A model generated the notes under the pieces. That model was not told where the DNA came from. It saw only the letters and a list, made by a program, of their open reading frames with translations, and ran no database searches. Positions 1 through 9,850 of a stretch of DNA of 33,588 nucleotides are shown in pieces; position 1 is the stretch's first letter, and every line of letters starts with the position of its first letter. The DNA is from Chiloscyllium plagiosum. Its lineage: Eukaryota. Position numbers and translations under genes: made by a program. Where the stretch lies: positions 103,775,658 through 103,809,245 of the forward strand of contig NC_057717.1 in NCBI RefSeq assembly GCF_004010195.1, written 5' to 3'.

Positions 1-1212
1 TCATTGGTTCCAATGTGGACAATGACCTCCTGCTGGCCCCTCTCCCCCATGAGAACATTCTGCACCCTCTCTGAGACATCCTTGATCCTGGCACCAGGGA
101 AACAACACACCATTCTGATTTTTCACTGCTGGCCACAGAAATGTCTGTCTGTTCCTCGGACTACAGAATCCCCTAACACAATTGATCTCTTGGAAGCCGA
201 CGTACCCCTCGTTGCATTAGAGCTAGTCTCAATACCAGAAACTTGTCTGTTTGTGCTACATTCCCATGAGAATCATCACCCGCTATGTTTTCAAAAACAG
301 CATACCTGTTTGAAATGGGGATATCCACAAAGACTCCTGCTCTAGCTGCCTTCCTCCCCTACCTTTCCTGGAGTTAACCCATCTATGTGACTGTATCTGA
401 GACTTTCCCCGCTTCCTATAACTGCCATCCATCACATACTGTTGCTGTTGCAAATTCCTCATCGCATCTAACTGTCTCTCCAACCGATCCACTCGATCTG
501 ATAAGATTTGCATCCAACAGCATTTATGGCAGATATAAACCGCAGTAATCCTTAAACTCTCTTTAACCTCCCACATCTGACAAGAGGTAAGTATCACTGC
601 AAAGGCCATTTTTGCTCCTTCACAATCTACAAACCCAGAAAATAACACCGTCTTATTCCTCTACAAACACTGCCCCAGGTTAAATTAATAGTTATGGCTT
701 ATATTTTAAGTTTAATCAAGAGACATGTCTCAAAAAACATATAATCAAGAAAGGATCCACTCTACTCACTACTGCAGACTTCCTGTAGGTCACACTTAAA
801 AACACTTATCTGATTCTGTGCTGTGAACTTTGCCCAACAGTTCCTCCAAGATTAGTTGTGAATTTCACTGTTTGCCAATTTTCCCAGATGCACTCCGATG
901 TCCAGCGATACATAAATTCAAACAGCAAAAGCTGTAACTGTGCAGGTTCACTGCTGTGTCAGTTTCTTTCTCTCTCTCTCCTGCACTGTCCTCACCATGT
1001 GCTTCCTTTGTCTGTGATTCTTCCTCTTAAAACTGCTGCTGTTTTGACTTTTTTTTCCCCAAAGTTCCAAAACGATGCAACAGCATATAAAACAGTAATC
1101 GCTGCTCCTGGAATTTGAGGAAATCACCTCCAGCACCTAAAATACCTCAAAAAAGGAGCAGCTCTTACAGCCACAAATGTATCCCTTCCTCCATCTTGGA
1201 TTACCCAGAATC
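1..1212 (-). mobile_element. 5' portion of a CR1-clade LINE: 5'UTR plus disrupted ORF1 (zinc finger/leucine zipper + SGNH esterase domain); runs off the window's left edge
   Basis: Minus-strand translation gives CQMWEVKESLRITAVYICHKC followed by LSDRVDRLERQLDAMRNL (zf/lz), then VLGDSVVRGTDRHFCG...CCFPGARIKDVSERV...VIVHIGTND. These are the GDS and HxGTND motifs of CR1 ORF1 esterases. In-frame TGA near 124 and frameshifts. The 5' end near 1212 (GATTCTGGGTAATCCAAGATGG) is inferred from the junction. Confidence 0.85.
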
Positions 1213-1637
1213 CTGTGGTACCAATTTTTAAGAAAGGTGGTAAGGAAAAGGGATCTACAGACCAGTGGGACTGACTTCAATGTTGGAGTGAATCCTGAGG
1301 GACAGGATTTGCATGTATTTGGAAAGGCAAGGACTGATTACAGATGGTCAACATGGCTTTGTGTGTGGGAAATCATGTCTCACTAACTTGACTGAGTTCT
1401 TTGAAGAAGTGACGAAGAGCATTGATGAGGGCAGAGCGCAGATGTGATACGGGCTTCAGTAAAGCATTCAAAAGGGTTCCTCGTGGGAGACTGGATAGCA
1501 AGTGTAGATCTCACGGAATATAGGGAGAACTGGCCATTTGGATACAGAACTGGCTCAAAGGTAGATGACAGAGGGTGGTGAGTGGAAGGTTGCTTTTCAG
1601 ACTGGAGGCCTGTGACCAGTGGAGTGCCACAAGGATC
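1213..1637 (+). mobile_element. CR1 LINE ORF2 (reverse transcriptase) fragment, degenerate
   Basis: Across frameshifts: VVPIFKKG..YRPVGLTS..QHGFVCGKSCLTNLTEFFEEVT..FSKAF..WIQNWL..WRPVTSGVPQGS, the N-terminal part of CR1 RT. Confidence 0.9.
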
Positions 1638-1855
1638 ATAGAGTCATAGAGCCATAGAGACGTACAGCATGGAAACAGGCCCTTTGGTCCAACCCGTCCA
1701 TGCCAACCAGATATCCCAACCCAATCTAGTCCCACCTGCCAGCACCCAGCCCATATCCCTCCAAACCCTTCCTATTCATATACCCATCCAAATGCTTCTT
1801 AAATGTTGCAATTGTACCAGCCTCCTCCACTTCCTCTGGCAGCCCATTCCATATA
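1637..1855 (-). mobile_element. CR1/HER1 LINE 3' end
   Basis: Reverse complement of the CR1 3'UTR with a (TCTATGAC)-like tail, read as catagagtcatagagccatagag on +; matches the copy at 15521-16190. Confidence 0.85.
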
Positions 1856-1856
1856 T

Positions 1857-2066
1857 GAGATGGAAATGTGTTGCTGGAAAAGCGCAGCAGGTCAGGCAGC
1901 ATCTAGGGAACAGGAGAATCGACATTTCGGGCATTAGCCCTTCTTCAGGAGGCTAATGCCCGAAACGTCGATTCTCCTGTTCCCTAGATGCTGCCTGACC
2001 TGCTGCGCTTTTCCAGCAACACATTTCCATCTCTGATCTCCAGCATCTGCAGACCTCACTTTCTCC
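1857..2066. mobile_element. Penelope-like element pseudo-LTR remnant forming an inverted repeat, with a hammerhead-ribozyme-like core
   Basis: 83-bp arms 1857-1939 and 1951-2033 (1 mismatch) around an 11-nt loop. Minus strand reads CTGAAGA-A-GGGC-TAAT-GCCC-GAAA. Same family at 13786-13966. Confidence 0.7.
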
Positions 2067-2700
2067 TACAAGGATGATGACAAGGGGGAGCATAAGGTGT
2101 ATAAGGATGTACGTGGAACAGTATCAAAGGATGAAGGAGAAGTTCAATATGGTGGGTCTCCAAATGAAGGGTTATGTGGAAATGGGCTGTTGGGATAGAG
2201 TGAGGTAAAAGGGGATATTATAGCACACGGAGGTGCATCCTGTTGCGTTCCCTGCCATCACTTGCTGTTCTCTAAGTGCTAAATGCAATTGAAAAATAGC
2301 CTGGGCAATGTCCAGCGATCCATGTATGGGTGATATTAGTACACTGAAGAAGCAAATACATGAAGCATGGATTTGCAAATTGCGGCTACATTTCATTTGC
2401 AAACATTTCTTCTCACATATGCAATGCATCCAGAGCAATAGTGCGGATGCATTAAATATTGTCAAAGGCAGATTGCACTGTGCCATTGATGCTGGCTAAA
2501 CTAACATTGTTACGTTTATGATGCAGAAGTTCACAACAATAACTTAAAAGGAGATATATGCTGGCCAAATGCACCCCATCACTTGTGAAACATTCGATTT
2601 TCAAGGAGGGGAGCATCATTGCATTAGAAGCAATGAGCAAAGACCACCATCTAAGGTCTTTCTGCTAAAGTACAATGAGGATTCAATCAGTTGTCAGACC

Positions 2701-3220
2701 CTTGTTGTGAAACTTGAAATAGTTCAGAAAAGATTTACAAGGATGTTGTCAGGGTTGGAGGATCTGAGCTACAGGGAGAGGCTGAACAGGCTGGGGCTGT
2801 TTTCCCTGGAGCTTCGGAGGCTGAGGGGTGACCTTATAGAGGTTTACAAAATTATGAGGGGCATGGATAGGATAAATAGACAAAGTCTTTTCCCTGACAT
2901 GGGGGAGTCCAGAACTAGAGGGCATAAGTTTAAGGTGAGAGGGGAAAGATTTAAAAGAAGGTGGTGATTTTAAAAAGGGGCAATTTGTTCATGCAGATGG
3001 TGGTACGATTTTGGAATGAGTTGCCAGAGGAAGTGGTGGAGGCTGGTACAATTACAACATTTAAAAAGCATTTGGATGGGTATATGAATAGGAAGGGTTT
3101 AGAGGGAAATCGGCTAAGTGCTGGAAAATGGGGCTAGATTAGTTTGGGATATCTGGTCGGCGTGGACAAGTTGGACCACAGGGTCTGTTTCCGTGCTGTC
3201 CACCCCAATGACTCTGTGAT
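2701..3220 (+). mobile_element. CR1/HER1 LINE 3' end (ORF2 C-terminus + 3'UTR)
   Basis: VVKLEIVQKRFTRML..LSYRERLNRLGLFSLELRRLRGDLIEVYKIMRG..RTRGHKFKV, then the CR1 3'UTR ending in atgactctgtga. Confidence 0.92.
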
Positions 3221-3355
3221 GAGGAGAGTGACAGGAATTGTGACAATCTTAAGAGTTAACATCTTCACACCATCTCTCATCTCACTACTAGGAAACAGTA
3301 TTGTAGAAACTAGCCATTCCAGGGAGACCATGGCTGGGTTAAGCCTCAGAGAGTA

Positions 3356-3414
3356 CCTCAGCAGAGAACGTGACACATTTTGGAAGTTGTGATTCAGCCA
3401 CTCGATGATGGTCA
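3356..3414 (-). CDS. Candidate neck/stalk exon of the putative type II membrane receptor (3' boundary uncertain)
   Basis: Strong acceptor ctccttccctcacAG|. Phase-1 reading (M)TIIEWLNHNFQNVSRSLL with an N-glycosylation sequon NVS, in phase with exon 5832-5906. Donor ambiguous (AG|GTACTC near 3356, or A|GTGAGA near 3285). Confidence 0.35.
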
Positions 3415-3915
3415 CTGTGAGGGAAGGAGCTGGTTGGAAACAGATCTGTAACCTAGATGAGCAGAAACCAACAGCTCATTTTGATACTATCTTGCATGAG
3501 TCAGGCAGATCAGATCAGTTTGAATCTCTCCACAATCCCACCTCATCTGATAGCAAGACAGAAAGAACATGTCCTCGCGCAGTTTGGGGATGTTTTGAAG
3601 ACAGTGGCAGCCTGTTTTGCTTTAAGGCCATCCAGGGCAGTGAGGGGGTGAAGGCAACAAAAAGACATTAACCTTTCATGTGACATTCACGCCTTACTGC
3701 TGCTCCATGTGCTGGCAGCTCACTCAGGGCTCAATGAGGGGACTGGGAAGCTTCACACTTTCTGCTGTTACACTCAGTGGGCAGACGTGTGTGATCTGCT
3801 CCGCTCTCCCAAAACATGGAGACTCACAATGTCAGGATATACCTCCGCCTAAATCTGTCACAATTCCCAGAAAGTGCCCTGGTGCCTTACCTAAATGATA
3901 CTCTGACACCTCCCC

Positions 3916-5230
3916 AACCTGGTTATATGGCACCTTACCTACCTGGTACTCGGGCACTCTCCCTACCTGGTACTCTGGCACATTACCCAACCTGGTATTC
4001 TGGCACTCTACCTACCTGGTACTCTGGCACCTGACCTACCTGGTATTCTGGCACTCTACCTACCTGGTACTCTGGCACCTGACCTACCTGGTATTCTGGC
4101 AATAACCCTACCTGGTATTCCAGCACACTTCCAACCGGTTGCTCTGGCACCTTACCTACCTGCTACTCTGGCACTCATCCTACCTGGTACTCTGGCACCC
4201 GACCTATCTGGTACTCTGGCACTCTCCCTACCTGGTATTCTGGCACTCATCCTACCTGGTACTCTGGCACCCGACCTACCTGCTACTCTGGCAATAACCC
4301 TACCTGGTATTCCGGCACACTTCCAACCGGTTGCTCTGGCACCTTACCTACCTGGTACTCGGGCACTCTCCCAACCTGGTATTCTGGCACCTTACCTACC
4401 TGGTACTCGGGCACTCTCCCAACCTGGTATTCTGGCACCTCACCTACCTGGTACTCGGGCACTCTCCCAACCTGGTATTCTGGCACCTCACCTACCTGGT
4501 ACTCTGGCAGACTCCCAACCTGGTACTCTGGTATCCTCCCTACCTGGTACTCTGACTCCCTGCCTACCTGGTACTCTGGCACCCTCCCTACCGGGTACTC
4601 TGGCACTCTCCCTACCGGGTACTCTGGCACACTCCCAATCTTGTACTCTGGCACTCTCCCTACCTGGTACTCTGGCATCCTCCCTACCTGGTACTCTGGC
4701 ACCCTCCCTACCTGGTACTCTGGCACCCTACTTACCTGCTACTCTGGCACCCTCCCTACCTGGTACTCTGGCACCCTACTTACCTGCTACTCTGGCACCC
4801 TCCCTACCTGGTACTCTGGCACCCTCCCTACCTGCTACTCTGGCATCCTCCCAACATGGTACTCTGGCACTCTCCCTACCTGGTACTCTGGCACTCTCCC
4901 TACCTGGTACTCTGGCACACTGCCCTACTTTTTACTCTGGCACCCTCCCTAGCTGGTAGTCTGGTGCCTTACCGATCTGGTACTCTGGCACTCTCCCTAC
5001 CTGGTACTCTGGCACTAACCCCACCTGGTATTCCGGCACACTTCCAACCGGGTACTCTGGCACCCTCCCAACATGGTACTCTGGCACTCTCCCTAGCTGG
5101 TAGTCTGGTGCCTTACCGATCTGGTACTCTGGCACTCTCCCTAGCTGGTAGTCTGACACCCTCTCAACGTGGTACTCTTACACCCTACCAACCTGCACTC
5201 TGGCACCCTATGTATCTAAAACTCTGGCAC
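3916..5230. repeat. 24-bp minisatellite (consensus TACCTGGTACTCTGGCACCCTCCC)
   Basis: Roughly 50 tandem units of 23-25 bp with degenerate edges; produces the VPEYQVGR and YSGTLPTW pseudo-ORFs. Confidence 0.95.
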
Positions 5231-5695
5231 CATACTCTTGTAGTACTCTAACACCCTACCTTATCAGCACCTTACCTAGCTGGTATCCTGCGCTATACTG
5301 ACATAACTGGCCAATTCAGGTAATTGTTGGTATGCAATTACCTGAAACCCTACCAACCTGATACACTACTCGACTGACACCGTACCCACCTGGGACTCAT
5401 TCAGATGGCATCCTAACCCACACTTGACTTATGCAGCTACCATTTCACAGGAGCAGTTGCATTCTTGCCATTTCAACACAGGATACCCAGGGGAAGTAAG
5501 AGACTGAGCTTTACCTGCCCTCACCTCACTCCCAACAAGCCTGCCCAACTGGATCGAAGGTCCACTCCGGATTTGTGCAGGAGCTGCGATACCAGTCAGA
5601 AAGGCCAAGCCCTTTCCCCGGTGTAACAATGTTAGGGTGGAGTTGCACTTTGACTGTGTTTACCGCATCTTGCAAAACCCAGCCCCGACACATGG

Positions 5696-5726
5696 GAGAC
5701 AGAGAGAGAAAGAGAGAGAGAGAGAG
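5696..5726. repeat. (GA)n microsatellite
   Basis: gagacagagagagaaagagagagagagagag; a similar tract lies at 7009-7047. Confidence 0.9.
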
Positions 5727-5831
5727 TAAGCATGTACTGCTCCCTACTCTGTTGGCAGATACTGGAGGGGAGTTTGGAACGACTGAAAACAAAAAGCGAA
5801 AATAACTTTGAAAAATGAATCGCAAACTCAC

Positions 5832-5906
5832 TAATAGTTTGATCCTTGTTGTGTTCAGTCTTTAATGTCGTCTTAGCTGGGCTCACTTTCTGTTCCACAT
5901 TCGAAA
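5832..5906 (-). CDS. Candidate 75-nt symmetric (phase 1-1) stalk exon of the putative receptor
   Basis: Acceptor cactctctttcAG|, donor A|GTGAGT. Open frame (I)SNVEQKVSPAKTTLKTEHNKDQTI joins in frame to the TM exon. Confidence 0.5.
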
Positions 5907-6239
5907 CTGAAAGAGAGTGAAATCGACCTCCATCACTGAATAGGACAACGTAAGAAAATTTGGAATATATGGAACATAAGAAAATTTGAAACAATTTTCT
6001 CCTTAAAGAGTCAGAAGTGTTTTGTTTCAGGTTTATCAGCTTTATTTCCAACGTCCTCACCTCTCACATCCTACTCTTGGTGGTCATCCCTGTTGGTCCT
6101 TGTGTTTTCTGCATTGTGGAAAGGTGGTGTTGGGACTGCACCTTCTCAAGCACTGAGTTGCCAGAGATTGGGTGCTAAAGAAGGCTCTGCAGGTACCACT
6201 CTCACCTAGGGTGCCAGTTCCCGTCCCACCCTAGCACTT

Positions 6240-6530
6240 GGTATTAAATCTATCAAAGCTGACTCTATGCAGCGGTACAGACAGAGTGCTACACTGTCTT
6301 TTGGGATGAGAGATGCTCAGACTGCATGACTGGCTAGCCATAAATTCCCGACAGCACTGTCTTGAACAAAGGCAGGGGAACTTTGACCAATGCCCAGACC
6401 ACATCAATAAGCCAGCCTGCCTGCTGATTACCTGAATAGTACTATGGGATCTTGCTGTGTACAAACTGGCTAGTGTGGAGCAGAACAATTTACAAAAGAC
6501 TGGCTTCTGGAAGAAATGCACTTGAACTGT
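6240..6530 (+). mobile_element. Degenerate Deu-domain SINE (SacSINE1/AmnSINE1-like)
   Basis: agagtgctacactgtcttttgggatgaga ... aaaggcaggggaact ... gggatcttgctgtgtacaaactggc resemble Deu-domain blocks. Confidence 0.55.
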
Positions 6531-7324
6531 CACAACAATAAAGGGGGCAGGCTAAGTGCTGGAAAGTGGGACTTGTGTAGGTTTGGAGTCAGCAGGAATT
6601 CAACGGGCCAAAGGGCTCCTTTTGTTCTGTATGATTCTCCGAAATGCTTTCAGCCGGCTGGTTAATTTGCCCTCCTTTACCTTTTCACGTCTGCCTGATG
6701 TTATAAAGCTGAAAGAGACTTGGGGTGGGACCTGGTTGAGACAGAGGGGTTTGTCAGCTCACAGGGCAGCGAGAGATCACTGCATCCTCTCCCTCTGAAC
6801 TGAGAATGAAGACATTTTGCCTTCTTTCTTAAGAGACTGGGTTTTTGCTGAGGCAGGGGAGTTATCAGAAAGTTGCAAGTGCAGCTCATCCCTGCGTTAG
6901 AAAGACACCTTACAGAATTTACACAGACGGTACTCTTCGCACATGGACTCAGATTGGGAGCCAATTCTCTGCGGGGGCTGTCCCTGTGAAATGGAACCAG
7001 AAACATTTAGAGACAGAGAGACAGACAGAGAGAGAGAGAGAGAGAGAAACACGTTTGAGAAACTCGACCCAGCAGAGGCTCAGACAGGGAGAAAATGTCA
7101 CTGTCCCCTCCCTTGTTGCTCGGGTGGGCAACCTGGGCAGTGGTGAAACAAAATGGAAATCTCTCAAGGGTATTTTGAAAACATTGGTTGAGTTTGGTCA
7201 TTAATTTGTATCTCTGTTGCATTTCAGCTTGGTGAGTTGAGACTTCCGTAAGAAGTTCCAAGTTACTCTGGGGGATGATCTGTGTGAATGGTCATTTCTC
7301 CTGGATTTCCACAGCAGGTGATTG

Positions 7325-8267
7325 TGTCACAAAGATTAGATTAGATTCCCTACAGTGTGGAAACAGGCCCTTCAGCCCAACCAGTTCACACCGACCCTCC
7401 GAAGAGTAACCCACCCAGACCCATTTCCCTCTGACTAATGCACCTAGGACTATGGGCAATTTAGCATGGCCAATTCACCCTGACCTGCACATCTTTGTGA
7501 CTGTGGGAAGAAACCGGTGCACCCGGAGGAAATCCACGCAGACACGGGGAGAATGTGCAAACTCCACACAGAGAGTCGCTCGAGGCTGGAATTGAACCTG
7601 GGACCCTGGTACTGTGAGGCAGCAGTGCTAACCACTGAGCCACCACACCGCCCTTTCTTTCTAAAAGCTGTTCCTTTTCTCAAGGAGACTCTGTCCTTGA
7701 TTTTTCTCAGAGGGGTAATAAACCGGGCCGGGCTCCAATCAGTCTGGTTTGGCACAGAGATGACAAGGATTTTGAGAGGCCTTTTGTTTATATGTAAACA
7801 GGTGGGACTCCAGGCCAAAGTCGTCATGCTTTAGAAGTATAATGGAAGGGGAGTGGTCAGCTCTCTAGCTGAGTAGTTTTAGTTCAGCCCAGAGCTAGTT
7901 AGGAGTTCAACAGTGTGGAAACTCTCTCTCTCTCTTTCTGCCCTTCTAACTTCAACCTGTAAGTATGTGTTCCATTTATACTGGGTTTTAAAGGGAGTTT
8001 GCTTATTGGGACTGTTGTGTGTATTCGGAACAGCATAATTAAGTCTTGTTTGGATAGACTGAGTTCTGTAGGGACTCTTTTTTCTGTTCTTTGTGTTTCA
8101 TTGTGTAATTTTGTGAATAAATTTTTATCTGTTTTAAAATTTAGTAGTCAACCTAGCTATCTTACTCCAGGTAATTTCACTGTGCACTTACTGAAACTAA
8201 TTGCCAAGTTATGGTCTGGGGCTACCTGCTCAATCATATTTTGAGTGGTCCGGCCGAGTCCATAACA
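7325..8267 (+). mobile_element. Solo LTR (Gypsy/ERV-like) with 4-bp TSD ATTG, interrupted by a SINE
   Basis: Starts TGTCAC (7325) and ends ATAACA (8267). Flanked by ATTG at 7321-7324 and 8268-8271. Contains AATAAA near 8116. Confidence 0.7.
7334..7653 (-). mobile_element. HE1-like V-SINE (tRNA-derived) nested in the solo LTR
   Basis: Minus strand: GGGCGGTGTGGTGGCTCAGTGGTTAGCAC (A box), GGTTCAATTCC (B box), V-domain GTGGAGTTTGCACATTCTCCCCGTGTCTGCGTGG, HER1-like tail (AATCT)n. Confidence 0.92.
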
Positions 8268-8390
8268 ATTGGAAGGCGTCCTACGCCACACACTTTTATA
8301 AAAAAAAGGTAGCAGAAAACAGCTCATTTTTGTTCACTTCCCTCGCGTGTCCCTCACGGGCCGTTCCTGGAGTCAAGGTGAAATACTTAC

Positions 8391-8504
8391 TTCTCGAAAT
8401 GCAAACCACAAGCAGAACAAACATCACGAGAAAAGAGATGATCAACATCATGGATTTTCCCAAAATAATGGTCCATCCTCCACACGAAATCTCCCTTCCA
8501 CAAC
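8391..8504 (-). CDS. Transmembrane exon (114 nt, phase 1-1) of a putative type II membrane receptor
   Basis: Acceptor tttctttcgttcaaAG|, perfect donor A|GTAAGT. Translates (G)CGREISCGGWTIILGKSMMLIISFLVMFVLLVVCISR, with a 20-aa hydrophobic stretch. Confidence 0.7.
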
Positions 8505-8583
8505 CTTTGAACGAAAGAAATCGGGTGTGAGCAGTTTAGTTCAGCGCAGATCAATTCTCCAATCCCCACCAGCAGAAGGGAAG

Positions 8584-8840
8584 TGTTCCACAAGAGACTT
8601 TAAAGTCAGCCTTCACTGCCCCTCACTAACTTTGGTATGTTGGTGGTGGGTCTGCTTCTTAAACTGATGTGGCCCCCATAGTGTTGTTAGGAAGAGAGTT
8701 CCCGAATTTTGACCCAGTTACAGTGAAGGAATAGTGACATATTTCCAAGTCAGGACGGTGAGTGGCTCAGAGGGGAACTTGCAGGGGGGTGGGGTTCCCA
8801 TGTATCTGCTGCCCTTGTCCTTCCAGATGGAAATGGCCAT
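8584..8840 (-). mobile_element. 3' end of an L2/Crack-like LINE; inverted relative to the copy at 9107-9850
   Basis: Reverse complement of ~9600-9848. The ORF track shows near-identical peptide CSTRDFKVSLHCPSLTL(V/I)CWWWVCFLN on opposite strands. Confidence 0.75.
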
Positions 8841-8914
8841 CTGAGGGAGTGTTGCTAGGCTGTAAACTGTTCTCAGCTTTCCTCTGCTTCTTGAGGACTG
8901 TCCAAGTTGGGTTA

Positions 8915-9076
8915 TTAAAGGATATTCAAGGTTAAGATAGATGGGTTTTTAAACAGTAAGGGCCACAGTAAGAATTATGGGGAAAAGGCAGGAAAGTAAT
9001 GCACTACCAGACTGCCATGATCTCACTGAATGATAAGAGTTGACTCGATGGGCTGAATGGCCAATTTCTGTGTCTA
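8915..9076 (+). mobile_element. Degenerate CR1 3'UTR fragment
   Basis: ttcaaggttaagatagatggg...tatggggaaaaggcagg...gccatgatctcactgaatg...gatgggctgaatggcc. Confidence 0.65.
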
Positions 9077-9106
9077 AATTTAACCGAATCCAGAAAATAT
9101 CCAAGC

Positions 9107-9850
9107 TTAGGCTGACAAGTGGAAATTATATCCATGCCATACAAATACCAGACAGTGACCCTCTCCAATAAGAGCCAATCTAACCACCACCCCTTGATAT
9201 TCATTGGTGTTACCATCACTGAATTCCTCACTATTCCCATTCTGGGGATTACCACGGACCAGAAACTGAACTAGACTTACCACATAAACACAGCAGCTAC
9301 AAGAGCAGGTCAGAGGCTGGGAATACTGCAACGTGTAACTCCCCTCCTGACTCCCCTAAGCCCATCCACCATCTGCAAGGCACAAGTCAAGAGGGTGATG
9401 GAATACTCCCCACTTGCCCTGGATGGGGGCAGCTCCAACAACACTCAAGAAGCTCAACACCATCCAGGACAAAGCAGCCCACTTGATTGGCAGTGCATCC
9501 ACTCCCTCCACCACCGACGCTCAGTAACAGCAGTGTGTCCCATCCACAAGATGCACTGCAGCAATTCACCAAAGATCCTCAGACAGCACCCTCCAAACCC
9601 ATGACCACTTCTATCTAGAAGGACAGGGGCAGCAGAGACATGGGAACACCACCCCCTGCAAGATCCCTCCTGAGCCACTCACAATGCTGACTTGGAAATA
9701 TATCACTGTTACTTCACTGTCAGTGGGTCAACTCCCTCCCTAGCAACACTGCGGGAGCCACATCAGTTTAAAAAGCAGACCCACCACCAACATATCAAAG
9801 TTAGTGAGGGGCAATGAAGGCTGACTTTAAAGTCTCTTGTGGAACAGTGG
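9107..9850 (+). mobile_element. L2/Crack-like LINE ORF2 C-terminus and 3' end, degenerate
   Basis: ILGITTDQKLN*TYHINTAATRAGQRLGIL...ICKAQVKRVMEYSPLAL..SLHHRRSV; stops and frameshifts present. Confidence 0.8.

Noticed and set aside
4283..5251. ORFs of VPEYQVGR/YSGTLPTW repeats as proteins
   Set aside because: Products of the 24-bp minisatellite; frames shift at 23- and 25-bp units
5514..5700. Minus-strand exon with donor CAG|GTAAAG and a 'LGLSDW' lectin-like motif
   Set aside because: No clear acceptor; the frame with the motif stops before the donor; similarity too weak
7211..7237. Plus-strand micro-exon (ttgcatttcAG|CTTG|GTGAGT)
   Set aside because: Only 4 nt, with no supporting plus-strand exons; probably chance
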